The notes below the pieces were generated by a model. It ran no database searches. It was not told where the DNA came from and worked only from the letters and a program-made list of their open reading frames with translations. Below are positions 1 through 8,453 of a stretch of 29,539 nucleotides of DNA, in pieces. This DNA is from Deltaproteobacteria bacterium (GTDB taxonomy: Bacteria; SAR324; JACQKK01). The translations under genes were made by a program, and so were the position numbers. Position 1 is the stretch's first letter, and the number at the start of each line of letters is the position of its first letter. The DNA is taken from contig JAOUPZ010000001.1 of assembly GCA_029879595.1 (NCBI GenBank), forward strand, positions 1 through 29,539, written 5' to 3'.

Positions 1-84
1 CCGGAAGAAACCGTCGGGTCTGTGGCAAAATGCGGCATCGCCCGGATGGACATGATATGAGTTATGGAAAACATGACTCGCACG

Positions 85-110
85 GGTTTACAACCTTCCG
101 GTTGTCAACC
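85..110. promoter_or_regulatory. Inverted repeat GGTTTACAACC-TTCC-GGTTGTCAACC, possible operator or hairpin
   Basis: 11-bp arms with one mismatch and a 4-nt loop, ending 18 nt before the ATG at 129. No known regulator motif recognised. Confidence 0.3.
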
Positions 111-128
111 GCCGCCAGAACAAAAGAC

Positions 129-884
129 ATGAAATCAACAATGCCCAAAAGATTCCTGCTGATCCTTCTGCTGCCGGTTTTTGCGGCGGGCTGCCTTGCC
201 GCCCGGCCCCTGGCCCCTCATCCCAGCGTGGTGTATGTGCCCCGGCCCGGACAGATCAACTCCACCCTGGGAGAGGACGAGTTGCAGACCATGTTCACCA
301 CCTCGCCGGACCGGAATCCCGATGGCCTGGGGGTATACGAGCTTATCTGGCCGCAGTCCAGCATGACCCTTGTGCCCTGGGAGCTGCAACGCTTTCGCGA
401 GGAACGCAGGAAAACCGCTTATGCCCGCAGCGAAAGTGAACACGAGCAGGCCCTGAGCGACATGGAAAAAACCTTTGGGAACCATGTGATCTTCCAGGGA
501 TACCTGATTTCCTACTTCTCCCGGTTCACAGAACCTGGGTTTTATGAACCAGAGGGGATATACCTGCTTGACGACAGGGGCCGTAAATTCAAGCCTGTCA
601 AAACCGGCACCGGTTACAGGGACTACCAGCAGGAAATCCGGCTGCGGGAAACCGGAGCCGGCTACAAACTGGAGGAATCGGCCTATCACTTCGGGTATCC
701 TCACCTGTATTTCCCCGGTGATGCCCTGACCCCGCAGACCAAAGCCCTGATGCTGTTTTTCGCCGCATCGGACAAGCGCATCCGGTTTACCTGGATATTT
801 GACCCGGACTATGTGGTGCCCGGTGGCTCCGTCGATGCTCACATGGGCCGCGACATGGACAAACTGAGGCTGCGGGGCAACTGA
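129..884 (+). CDS. Putative lipoprotein of unknown function (about 251 aa)
   Basis: From ATG 129 (or 141): MKSTMPKR, hydrophobic FLLILLLPVF, then lipobox-like AAG|C (Cys codon 192-194). The track's start at 30 adds a hydrophilic stretch that would mask the signal peptide. Confidence 0.7.
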   Translation: MKSTMPKRFLLILLLPVFAAGCLAARPLAPHPSVVYVPRPGQINSTLGEDELQTMFTTSPDRNPDGLGVYELIWPQSSMTLVPWELQRFREERRKTAYARSESEHEQALSDMEKTFGNHVIFQGYLISYFSRFTEPGFYEPEGIYLLDDRGRKFKPVKTGTGYRDYQQEIRLRETGAGYKLEESAYHFGYPHLYFPGDALTPQTKALMLFFAASDKRIRFTWIFDPDYVVPGGSVDAHMGRDMDKLRLRGN

Positions 885-1051
885 TTCCGGGGGGATTCAC
901 CCGGCGTCAACACTGGCAATTTCTTCCACCAGAACCAGCTTGAAAAGCACCTGAAAAACTCGGTAAAACCTCCGGGCAGTTTCCGCAATCCGGGTTTTTC
1001 CCCTGCCGATGGCCTTAAAAAACACGAAATAACACAATCCGAGGAATGATA

Positions 1052-2050
1052 ATGACCACCCAGATTGACCTGATCATCAGGGCCCTGGACAACTTCAGCC
1101 CGGTTTTTGAAAAACTCGATAAATCCTTTTTGAAATGGGGCAGCAATGGCGCCGGCGCCGTGGACGCGCTGGAGGACATCAACGGCAGCATGGAGGATCT
1201 GGTTCGGCAGACCGGGATGGCTGAGGGTGCGCTTGCCGGCTTTTCCGCCTCCACCACCCGCCTGATGACCGAGGCGGCCGAGGAGCAAAGAGCCCGGAAT
1301 GAGGAGTTTTTGGCGGCCCGTGAAACAGCAGCCCTGGATCACCATGACCGAATGCTGGCCCTGGAACAGGACGTAATGGCGCGAAAAACCGCCCAACGGG
1401 AAATTTTCCGCGCCCAGGAGGAACAGGCCCAGGGCGCACACTACGCCGGCCTGCTGGCCGCGCAGCAGGCTGCGGGCGACCAGGCGGTCATGGTGGACGC
1501 CGCCACCCTGATGAGCAGGTACAGGCTGTATGAGGATTACCGCAACGCCATTTTGAACCTGGCCCGGGACAAGGGTGGCCAGCTGGCCCGAGCGGCGAAA
1601 GCCCTGGCTGTGGCCGAGGCCACCGTGATGGCCTATCTGGCGGCCAATAATGCCCTGGCCAGTGCGCCCTATCCCTTCAATATTCCCCTGGCAGCGCTGG
1701 TGCTGGCCCAGGGACTGGCCAACGTGGAGCGGATAAGACAGGTGGGAATAGCCCACTCCGGCCTGGAAAACGTGCCCGAGGATGGAACCTATGTGCTCAG
1801 ACAAGGGGAACGGGTTCTCAGCCCGGCACAGAACCGTGACCTGAGCCGCTTTCTCGATGGCGGCCCTGGAGGCAGCAGCCATGGGGTCAGGATCGATTCA
1901 ATCGTGATCCATATCCTGGAAAACGCCACTTCCGCCGAAGCCCTGCTGAACATGAATCCCGCGGACCTGAAAAGGATCGTGGCGGAAAAAATATTTCCGG
2001 CTATGGATGAACTGGCCGACCAGGGCATCCGCCCGGCCTTTACGGAGTAG
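1052..2050 (+). CDS. Short phage tail tape-measure-like protein (332 aa)
   Basis: GAGG RBS at 1041-1044 favours ATG 1052. N-terminus IDLIIRALDNFS, an Ala/Glu/Gln-rich coiled coil, the hydrophobic segment AKALAVAEATVMAYLAANNALASAPYPFNIPLAALVLAQGLANVERI and AHSGLENVPEDGTYVLRQGERVL are all typical of siphophage tape-measure termini. Confidence 0.75.
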   Translation: MTTQIDLIIRALDNFSPVFEKLDKSFLKWGSNGAGAVDALEDINGSMEDLVRQTGMAEGALAGFSASTTRLMTEAAEEQRARNEEFLAARETAALDHHDRMLALEQDVMARKTAQREIFRAQEEQAQGAHYAGLLAAQQAAGDQAVMVDAATLMSRYRLYEDYRNAILNLARDKGGQLARAAKALAVAEATVMAYLAANNALASAPYPFNIPLAALVLAQGLANVERIRQVGIAHSGLENVPEDGTYVLRQGERVLSPAQNRDLSRFLDGGPGGSSHGVRIDSIVIHILENATSAEALLNMNPADLKRIVAEKIFPAMDELADQGIRPAFTE

Positions 2051-2057
2051 AAACCAC

Positions 2058-4190
2058 ATGAGCCTGAATGTTTCCAGCTGGTTTATTGAGCATTTGAAAG
2101 GAAGGTCCCTTTCACCTTTGCGCCGATTCACCCTTGGAGGCAGCGATTATTCCGACAAGGTTCTGCGCTGGCCCAGTCTGAACTTCCGGGCCGACACAAT
2201 CGACCTGGGAACCACCCAGGTTGAACTGGATGCCACCGGGAACCATTTCCAGTTCCTGGTCAACTGCAACCACCTGTTTTCCACCAGCGCGGAAATCAGC
2301 CTGGGGCTCACCCACCCGCAAAGCGGCCCGGAGTTCCTGAATCTGTATCTGGGAGGAATTTCCAATATCCACTTTGAACGTGGTGGAACACGCATCAGGC
2401 TTCAGATGCAGGGTAAAACCAAGGATCTCACAGACACGGCGCTGGGCAGCGAAGCGGAATCATTGGGGTTGGATTTCACCAGCAGCATGCATTTCCCCAG
2501 TGATTTCGTATGGATGCTGGTTACATCCTATGGCGGAATGTCTGCCCTTGAAAGCACGTCCAATCCCGACATCGACTATGAAACCTGGCTCAAATGGCGG
2601 CAGGACAATATCCTCAAGGACACCAGGGTCAAAGCCTATCTCACCGGCGAGAAGATTTACCAGATCATCAACACCCTGGCGGAAATGGACACCAGAGTGG
2701 TGGCCTTTCAGGGTGGGCGGTTATTTTTTTCCGATATGTTTCAGCCCTACAGCGAGGGGGGGATCCACTTTGACCTGAGCCGGACGCTCGATTTCAACTG
2801 GGAGCTGGGACCCTCCAGGATCATCAACGAGTTCACCGCGGAGGCGGGTTACAACCCCTCCACCGGAAAGTTCAACAGCAACTACACCAAAACCGATGAT
2901 GTATCCCAGAGCAACTTCGGCATCCGTTCCCGGCGACACGGGTCGAAGGGGGTATGGTTCGCCCGAAGCTTCGATGGCATTTTCATGGCGCAGGACAAGG
3001 TTTACATACACCGGAACCCCCTGGCCAGAATGTCCATCAGGACCACCCTGGGAGACGGACTTCTTTATAACCTGGGCGAGATCCTGTCCATTACGGATTC
3101 CCATCTTGGACTGGACGGGAAAAATTTCAGGCTCATCGGCCAGGGAATCGACCTGGATTCCGGAATAACCCATCTGCAACTGGAAGAAGCCGCTCACCGC
3201 CAATGGGAACACCGGCATATGGTCTCGTCATACAACCTTACCGTGGACACCATCACCAGAACCACATCCGGGAAATATCTGGCCATTGAGGAACTGGTGT
3301 TCTTCCACCAGCTGCACAAGTCGGACGGTAATGATAATTTTTCACCTACCGGTCTGTATGCCCAGCGATTGCTGGACCTGGGCGGCGGATCATTTGTATT
3401 CGCAGGAGCGCCCTCATCCGGTTCTTATTCCAGGGTGATTCAACGCTCCTCAGATAACTGCGAAACCAGCACCATGGTTTTCTCGGGAATTCCCCAGTCT
3501 TCAAATATGAGGGATCTGTTCCGGTGCAGTTCAAGCCATGTCCTGCTTTCCGCCGATTCAGGCCAGGTCTATTTATCCACAGATATCGGATCTTCCTGGG
3601 TGCTCACGGATGTGATCAGTCCCGGCACACACATCGGCAAGTTTTTTCATCCCTATCCGGACAGGATTTTCGGAATTTCGGGCGGACAGACCTACGGACT
3701 GGAGGGGCTTCACATCTGGGAATCAAACAACCTGGGGGTCAGTTTCAGCTATAAGACAACCATTTTCTCCAGCGGGGTATATACCATCTGTGGAGTTCAT
3801 GTTCTTTCCGGGTCGGAGTTTCTTATCGGCCACAACGGATTAGACCACACGCACCTGGGGATCACCAGGGTATCCATGAATTCCTCAGAAGACATGAGCT
3901 GGGCAACAGTGAAGACCAATGCGAGCTTCAGCCATATTCTCCGGACAACCTCTGGCACTCTGGTCATGGGGTACTACGAGTATCTGACATCGGCCGGTGG
4001 GTCGATCCTGATGTCCACGGACAACGGTTCCAGCTGGCAGGAATACTCCCGGGTGGCCATGCAGGGAAACATTCATCTCATGCCCCAGCCGGATGGATCT
4101 CTGGATGCCGTTATTTCAAGGACATCCGCTGGGATCAGAACCGACAGGCACAAATGCTTCGACCCCGGCTTTGCCTTCCCGGCAAGTTGA
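2058..4190 (+). CDS. Phage tail hub/central-fibre-like protein with a C-terminal BNR/Asp-box beta-propeller (710 aa)
   Basis: Starts 7 nt after the TMP-like stop. Residues up to about nt 3200 resemble tail-hub proteins (IINEFTAEAGY...DDVSQSNFGIRS...YNLGEILSITD...FRLIG...LQLEE). The C-terminal part has Asp-box-like motifs QRSSDNCETS (~3441), YLSTDIGSSW (~3570), WESNNLGVSF (~3717) and LMSTDNGSSW (~4008). Confidence 0.6.
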   Translation: MSLNVSSWFIEHLKGRSLSPLRRFTLGGSDYSDKVLRWPSLNFRADTIDLGTTQVELDATGNHFQFLVNCNHLFSTSAEISLGLTHPQSGPEFLNLYLGGISNIHFERGGTRIRLQMQGKTKDLTDTALGSEAESLGLDFTSSMHFPSDFVWMLVTSYGGMSALESTSNPDIDYETWLKWRQDNILKDTRVKAYLTGEKIYQIINTLAEMDTRVVAFQGGRLFFSDMFQPYSEGGIHFDLSRTLDFNWELGPSRIINEFTAEAGYNPSTGKFNSNYTKTDDVSQSNFGIRSRRHGSKGVWFARSFDGIFMAQDKVYIHRNPLARMSIRTTLGDGLLYNLGEILSITDSHLGLDGKNFRLIGQGIDLDSGITHLQLEEAAHRQWEHRHMVSSYNLTVDTITRTTSGKYLAIEELVFFHQLHKSDGNDNFSPTGLYAQRLLDLGGGSFVFAGAPSSGSYSRVIQRSSDNCETSTMVFSGIPQSSNMRDLFRCSSSHVLLSADSGQVYLSTDIGSSWVLTDVISPGTHIGKFFHPYPDRIFGISGGQTYGLEGLHIWESNNLGVSFSYKTTIFSSGVYTICGVHVLSGSEFLIGHNGLDHTHLGITRVSMNSSEDMSWATVKTNASFSHILRTTSGTLVMGYYEYLTSAGGSILMSTDNGSSWQEYSRVAMQGNIHLMPQPDGSLDAVISRTSAGIRTDRHKCFDPGFAFPAS

Positions 4191-4261
4191 TTTTGCAGGA
4201 CTGCAAACCCCACCTGATGCCGGGGAAATCCGGACCGGCTTCCTTGCTGAGTGGAGGCTTT

Positions 4262-4765
4262 TCAGGCCACCACTGTTTTTTCACCCTTGGTATTGGGTGA
4301 TCCATCGGCCACCGCCAGGGCCTCAATATTGAAAACCAGGGTGGAGTTGGGAGGGATGTTTCCCATCTGGCGCTTGCCATAGGCCATCCCGGGTGGAATG
4401 ACCAGCTGCCGCCTTTCTCCGGGCTCCATTCCGACGATACCTTCCTCCCAGCCCTTTATCACTCTGCCGGAGCCCAGCGGGAACTCAAACGGGCGTCCCC
4501 GGTCCAGCGAGCTGTCAAAGCGGGTACCGTCAATCACCCATCCGGTGTAGTTGACCTTGATACTCATTCCCTTGGCGGCCGACTTTCCCGAACCGTCCTT
4601 CAATACGGCCACCTTCAGACCAGAGTCGGTCTCACGGTAGCTGGCTTTGGGCAGCATCCTGAAAGTCTTCAAAAAATCGTTGCCAGGCGGAGGAGCCTTG
4701 CTCTCCCGGGGAGCGCCTGCCGCCCCCTGAGTCTGGATTCCCGATTTTCCAACATTCATCGCCAT
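4262..4765 (-). CDS. FKBP-type peptidyl-prolyl cis-trans isomerase (167 aa)
   Basis: VNYTGW..DGTRFDSS, PFEFPLGSGRVIKGWEEG, LVIPPGMAYG and IPPNSTLVF motifs. AGGAGGTG SD 5 nt before ATG 4765. Confidence 0.93.
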   Translation of the reverse strand: MAMNVGKSGIQTQGAAGAPRESKAPPPGNDFLKTFRMLPKASYRETDSGLKVAVLKDGSGKSAAKGMSIKVNYTGWVIDGTRFDSSLDRGRPFEFPLGSGRVIKGWEEGIVGMEPGERRQLVIPPGMAYGKRQMGNIPPNSTLVFNIEALAVADGSPNTKGEKTVVA

Positions 4766-4997
4766 TGTTTCACCTCCTGACTGCCGGCGGATCATCCCGG
4801 TTTCTGCTCTCCGGGTGATCATGCCGGGCGTTTCTGAAGAAATGCATGCTAAAAAATAAGGAAAGCAAATCACACACCAATCAGACCTTTCCTCGCGAGA
4901 TCCTGCCCGTTTGCCCCCTTGCCCTGAGGAGCAGGGGGGGCTGCACGGGAAAATATTCCGCCGCAAGGGCTGATTTTTCTGTCTTTCAGGGAAATAT

Positions 4998-5022
4998 TTC
5001 CCGCCCCGACGGGGTGCGGGAA
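4998..5022 (-). terminator. GC-rich hairpin downstream of argF, possible terminator
   Basis: TTCCCG-CCCC-GAC-GGGG-(TG)-CGGGAA, about 20 nt past the argF stop. Weak U-tract. Overlaps the perfect palindrome GGGAAATATTTCCC (4989-5002). Confidence 0.4.
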
Positions 5023-5043
5023 GGTGAGCTTTTGGACACAGGT

Positions 5044-5967
5044 TCAGGAACCGGTGTTTTCCAATAAAAACTTCATCAGCGCCTGCTGGGCGTAAAGCCT
5101 GTTGTCGGCCTGCTGAAAAATGATGGAGCGGGGGTGATACACCATTTCCTCGCTTATCTCGAAACCGGGATGAATGGGCATATCATGCATGATGAAGGCG
5201 TCGCTCCCGGACAGATTCTCCTCGTTCAGCTGATACGGGATCATCTGGGCAACCCGCCGCTTTTTTTCGTCCTGGTATGACTCGTCATTGAAGAACTCCA
5301 TATCAATCCAGGTATCTGTATAAACAAACTGAGCCTTGCTTACAGCGGCCTTCAGGTCCGTCGTTCTTTCAACCAGTCCGGTCGCCATCAGCCGCTCCAT
5401 CAGCGCCGGGTCGTCAGCCGCCTGATTGGTTTCAGGGGTAACCAGGACAAGCTTCCCCCCCACCTGGGATAAACCACAAGCCAGGGAATTGGCCACGTTG
5501 TTGTGAATGCCGACATAGACCAGGGTCTGCCCCTGGAAGGTCCCAGCGTTTTCGTAGATCGTAACCAGATCTGCCAGGGCCTGACAGGGATGAAACTTGT
5601 CGTCGCAACCATTTATAACCGGTGCCCGGGAATGCCGGGCCAGGTTAATGACATCGGAATGATGTTTAAGCCGGGCCATGAGAATATCGGTCTGGCTGGA
5701 AACATACCGGGCCTCGTATTCAATGGGAGAGATAGAAAAATTCGATTTCCCCCAATCCATGACCACAACCTGCCCCCCAAAGCGCCCAAAGCCGACTTCA
5801 AAGGAAATCCTGGTGCGGGTGGAAGTTTTCTGGAACAGCATCAGCAGAACCTTCCCCCTGAAACAGTCGCGGTAGGATTCCGGATTGTTTTTCATGTCGA
5901 TGGCAAGGTGTACCAGAGCGTTCACCTCGTCAGCACTAAAATCATCCAGGGTAATGCAATGTTTCAT
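5044..5967 (-). CDS. argF: Ornithine carbamoyltransferase, divergent motif type (307 aa)
   Basis: FQKTSTRTRISFE carbamoyl-phosphate motif, INGCDDKFHPCQALAD, QADNRL. Ornithine-site motifs read YTDTWIDM and HDMP. Start at ATG 5967 (MKHCITLDDFS). Confidence 0.85.
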   Translation of the reverse strand: MKHCITLDDFSADEVNALVHLAIDMKNNPESYRDCFRGKVLLMLFQKTSTRTRISFEVGFGRFGGQVVVMDWGKSNFSISPIEYEARYVSSQTDILMARLKHHSDVINLARHSRAPVINGCDDKFHPCQALADLVTIYENAGTFQGQTLVYVGIHNNVANSLACGLSQVGGKLVLVTPETNQAADDPALMERLMATGLVERTTDLKAAVSKAQFVYTDTWIDMEFFNDESYQDEKKRRVAQMIPYQLNEENLSGSDAFIMHDMPIHPGFEISEEMVYHPRSIIFQQADNRLYAQQALMKFLLENTGS

Positions 5968-6106
5968 AATGGACCCTGCAAAATCATGATGAAAACCGTA
6001 TTCCTGAAAAAGAAAAATCGAAAACAAGAACCATATCAGATAAACAGGTGTTTTTCAAAGAATTTTTTCTGGCGGCCCCCCTTGAACGCAGGGCATCAAA
6101 CAACTT

Positions 6107-6133
6107 TCAAAATTCAAACCGGCTGGCCGATAA
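6107..6133 (+). promoter_or_regulatory. sigma28 (FliA)-type promoter
   Basis: TCAAAATT-N11-GCCGATAA against the consensus TAAAGTTT-N11-GCCGATAA: perfect -10, exact spacing, oriented toward a chemoreceptor gene. Confidence 0.65.
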
Positions 6134-6390
6134 CCGCACACGACAGGCAAATCACGCCAGTGGTGCCCCTGTCAGTCCATTCGGTTTCTTCCTGGGCTGA
6201 TAAACCAACTTCCGAGGTTTTCGACTCTCCGGACATATTATCCGGTATGATTACTGGAAGTTTGTTTTGTGGGCCATGCCGGCAGTCCCCAAAATATCTA
6301 TTGCCAAATTATATACGTGTATCGTAAGCTTAAAAATAAAATTCATTAATATCCTTTTCCTCCGGGGCTGTTATTTTAACTTAAACTGTG

Positions 6391-6406
6391 TTGTAAATCT
6401 GTACAA
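6391..6406. promoter_or_regulatory. Palindrome TTGTA-N6-TACAA in an AT-rich island
   Basis: Perfect 5-6-5 inverted repeat. Cognate regulator not recognised. Confidence 0.3.
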
Positions 6407-6483
6407 CGTTTACGCGGATATAAGTCGGCTCCGCCAGCGTTGTCAGGGGGAATCGAAAGTTTTAAGGGGATCAGGGGTCCCAG

Positions 6484-6497
6484 TCGATGTTTATCAA
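6484..6497. promoter_or_regulatory. FNR/DNR-like box TCGAT-N4-ATCAA
   Basis: 9 of 10 matches to TTGAT-N4-ATCAA, about 150 nt upstream of the heme chemoreceptor. Confidence 0.35.
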
Positions 6498-6646
6498 GGC
6501 AGTTGGGAAAACAGCATCGAATTTCTTTTTGATTATGCGGACAACCACCCGGTAGAACACCCCGGGATATTGCCACGACGCCATTCGATGTCCTCGCGGC
6601 CATCGAAAAAGCAGGTCCGCATGAGTCATCCAGTCCGGCGTATGAT

Positions 6647-8164
6647 ATGATAAAAAATCGTTCCATCCAGGCCAAGGTACTGCTCAGGTTCTCGCTGTAT
6701 TTCCTGTTTTTCTTCGTAGTCACCCAGCTCGTGTTCATGATCAGCTTCCGCGAATTCTCCACCCGGTCGGCCCAAAACAAGGCCACCCTTATTGCCGAAC
6801 TGGTGAAAAACAACCTGACATCGCTGATGAAGCTGGGCCTGATTCAGATGCGCGATGAATACCTGAATCCCCTGTTATCCGGTCACGATATCAATGAGAT
6901 AAAGGTCTTCAGAGGGCATAAGGTGCAGGAACTGTTTGGAACTCCACCAAACTTTGTCAAGCCGCGGGACAACTTCGAGACTCAGGTGCTGAACACCGGC
7001 AAGGAAAATGTCCGGCTAAATGAAGGGCTGCTAACGGCCACCTACCAGATTGTCATCCCGTATCTTTCCACCAACGAGGGCGCCGTTCATTGCCCGCTCT
7101 GCCACATAAACTCCAAGGAGGGGGATGTCCTGGGGGCGGTAAGCATTGAACTGAATCTTACCAACGAAAGAAAACTGGGGGTTTTCGCATTTGTCATAAT
7201 CATCTTCGCGTCCGGGGTTCTTTCGATACTGTTCCTCTACCGGACGCACCGCTTCATGTTGAAGTCCTTCTATGAGCCGATAAGCGATGTTATCAACTGG
7301 CTCACCAACGCCAGTGAATACTTGGAGAATGCCGCAAACTCCTTTTCCGAATCCAGCCAGGTGCTGGCCGACGGTACTCACACCCAGGCTTCCACGCTGG
7401 AGAAAAACTCGGACACCATACAGGAAATGGCCGGCAGGACCAAAAAGAACGCCGATAACTCCATGAATGCCCGGAAAGAAACCGATAAGGCGGTGGACAC
7501 GGCCAACAAGGGCGGCACTGCCACATCGCGCATGGTGGAGGCCATTCAGGAAATCAAAAGCTCATCCGACGAGTCCGTGAAAATTGTACGGACCATTGAC
7601 GAGATCGCCTTCCAGACCAACCTGCTGGCCCTAAACGCGGCCGTTGAAGCCGCCCGGGCCGGAGAATCCGGCAAGGGCTTCGCAGTGGTGGCCGAGGAGG
7701 TCCGCAATCTTGCCAAACGCAGCGCCGATGCCGCACGGGAAACCAGCCAGCTTCTGGAAAAGGCGCAGCAAAAAGCTGAGATGGGGGTGGAGGTGGCCGA
7801 GGAAGTTAATACCATGCTGCAAAATGTTGTGAAGAGCATACAGGTGGTGGGTGAATTCACCGGGGAGATAACCTCGGCGATTTCACTGCAATCCCGGGCC
7901 TTGGAAGACCTCAGCACCTCGATGATACACATGAACGATGTGACCCAAAAAACCGCCTACAGCGCCGATCAGACCGCCACCACCAGCATGGAACTCACCA
8001 CCCATGCCCAGGAGATGATCAATAACGTGGACAAGTTGCGACTGCTGGTCACCGGCAGTTCAACCCGGAAAAGGCTTTTTGGCGGCAATGGCGGCAATGG
8101 GGGTAAGTTTCCATTCTTCAGGAACAGGCCCCAGCTTGAGGATGTGAAGAAAATTGGCCGTTAG
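6647..8164 (+). CDS. Methyl-accepting chemotaxis protein with a periplasmic c-type heme motif (505 aa)
   Basis: Two TM segments, CPLCH at 7091-7105 just before TM2, and the signalling hairpin [40 protein letters not shown]. Confidence 0.95.
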   Translation: MIKNRSIQAKVLLRFSLYFLFFFVVTQLVFMISFREFSTRSAQNKATLIAELVKNNLTSLMKLGLIQMRDEYLNPLLSGHDINEIKVFRGHKVQELFGTPPNFVKPRDNFETQVLNTGKENVRLNEGLLTATYQIVIPYLSTNEGAVHCPLCHINSKEGDVLGAVSIELNLTNERKLGVFAFVIIIFASGVLSILFLYRTHRFMLKSFYEPISDVINWLTNASEYLENAANSFSESSQVLADGTHTQASTLEKNSDTIQEMAGRTKKNADNSMNARKETDKAVDTANKGGTATSRMVEAIQEIKSSSDESVKIVRTIDEIAFQTNLLALNAAVEAARAGESGKGFAVVAEEVRNLAKRSADAARETSQLLEKAQQKAEMGVEVAEEVNTMLQNVVKSIQVVGEFTGEITSAISLQSRALEDLSTSMIHMNDVTQKTAYSADQTATTSMELTTHAQEMINNVDKLRLLVTGSSTRKRLFGGNGGNGGKFPFFRNRPQLEDVKKIGR

Positions 8165-8385
8165 GTCCTTCGCCAGACCCACCGGAAAAAGCCCCGCCGT
8201 CTTCCCCGACACGGCGAACCAGAGGCAGGGAAATACAAAAATCACTCCAGGGTATCGCTCAAATATCTTTTTTGCGTTATAATACTCAAGCAAAGGTGTT
8301 CCGGCGGAAATGCCGGAATGTACCCGGTGTTCATCATTTCCAGAAAAAGGGTTCTACAGACGGTAAAACCTGATTTGTCAACAAA

Positions 8386-8415
8386 GCGGCAAATAGCAAA
8401 GAGGCAAATAGCAAA
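8386..8415 (+). repeat. 15-nt direct repeat G(C/A)GGCAAATAGCAAA x2
   Basis: gcggcaaatagcaaa followed by gaggcaaatagcaaa, ending 38 nt before the OMP start. Confidence 0.8.
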
Positions 8416-8453
8416 CCGCCGCGAAAGTAACTAACATGCGACAAAGGAGCATC

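Noticed and set aside
986-1012. sigma28 promoter for the tail cassette (CAAT-N15-GCCGATGG)
   Set aside because: Only 6 of 8 at -10 and a poor -35. Too weak in GC-rich DNA.
1-4261. Intact prophage or integrated mobile element
   Set aside because: No integrase, att-like repeats, head, packaging, replication or lysis genes. Only two tail-like genes are present. Sequence left of position 1 is not visible.
6135-6180. c-di-GMP-I riboswitch (CACGACAGGCAAATCAC start)
   Set aside because: Loop is GCCA rather than GNRA, and the downstream GACGCAAAGC/P3 elements are missing.
6247-6650. Small ORFs in the MCP leader (26-aa MITGSLFCGPC..., 127-aa 6267-6650)
   Set aside because: No RBS, AT-rich promoter-like composition, no recognisable domain.
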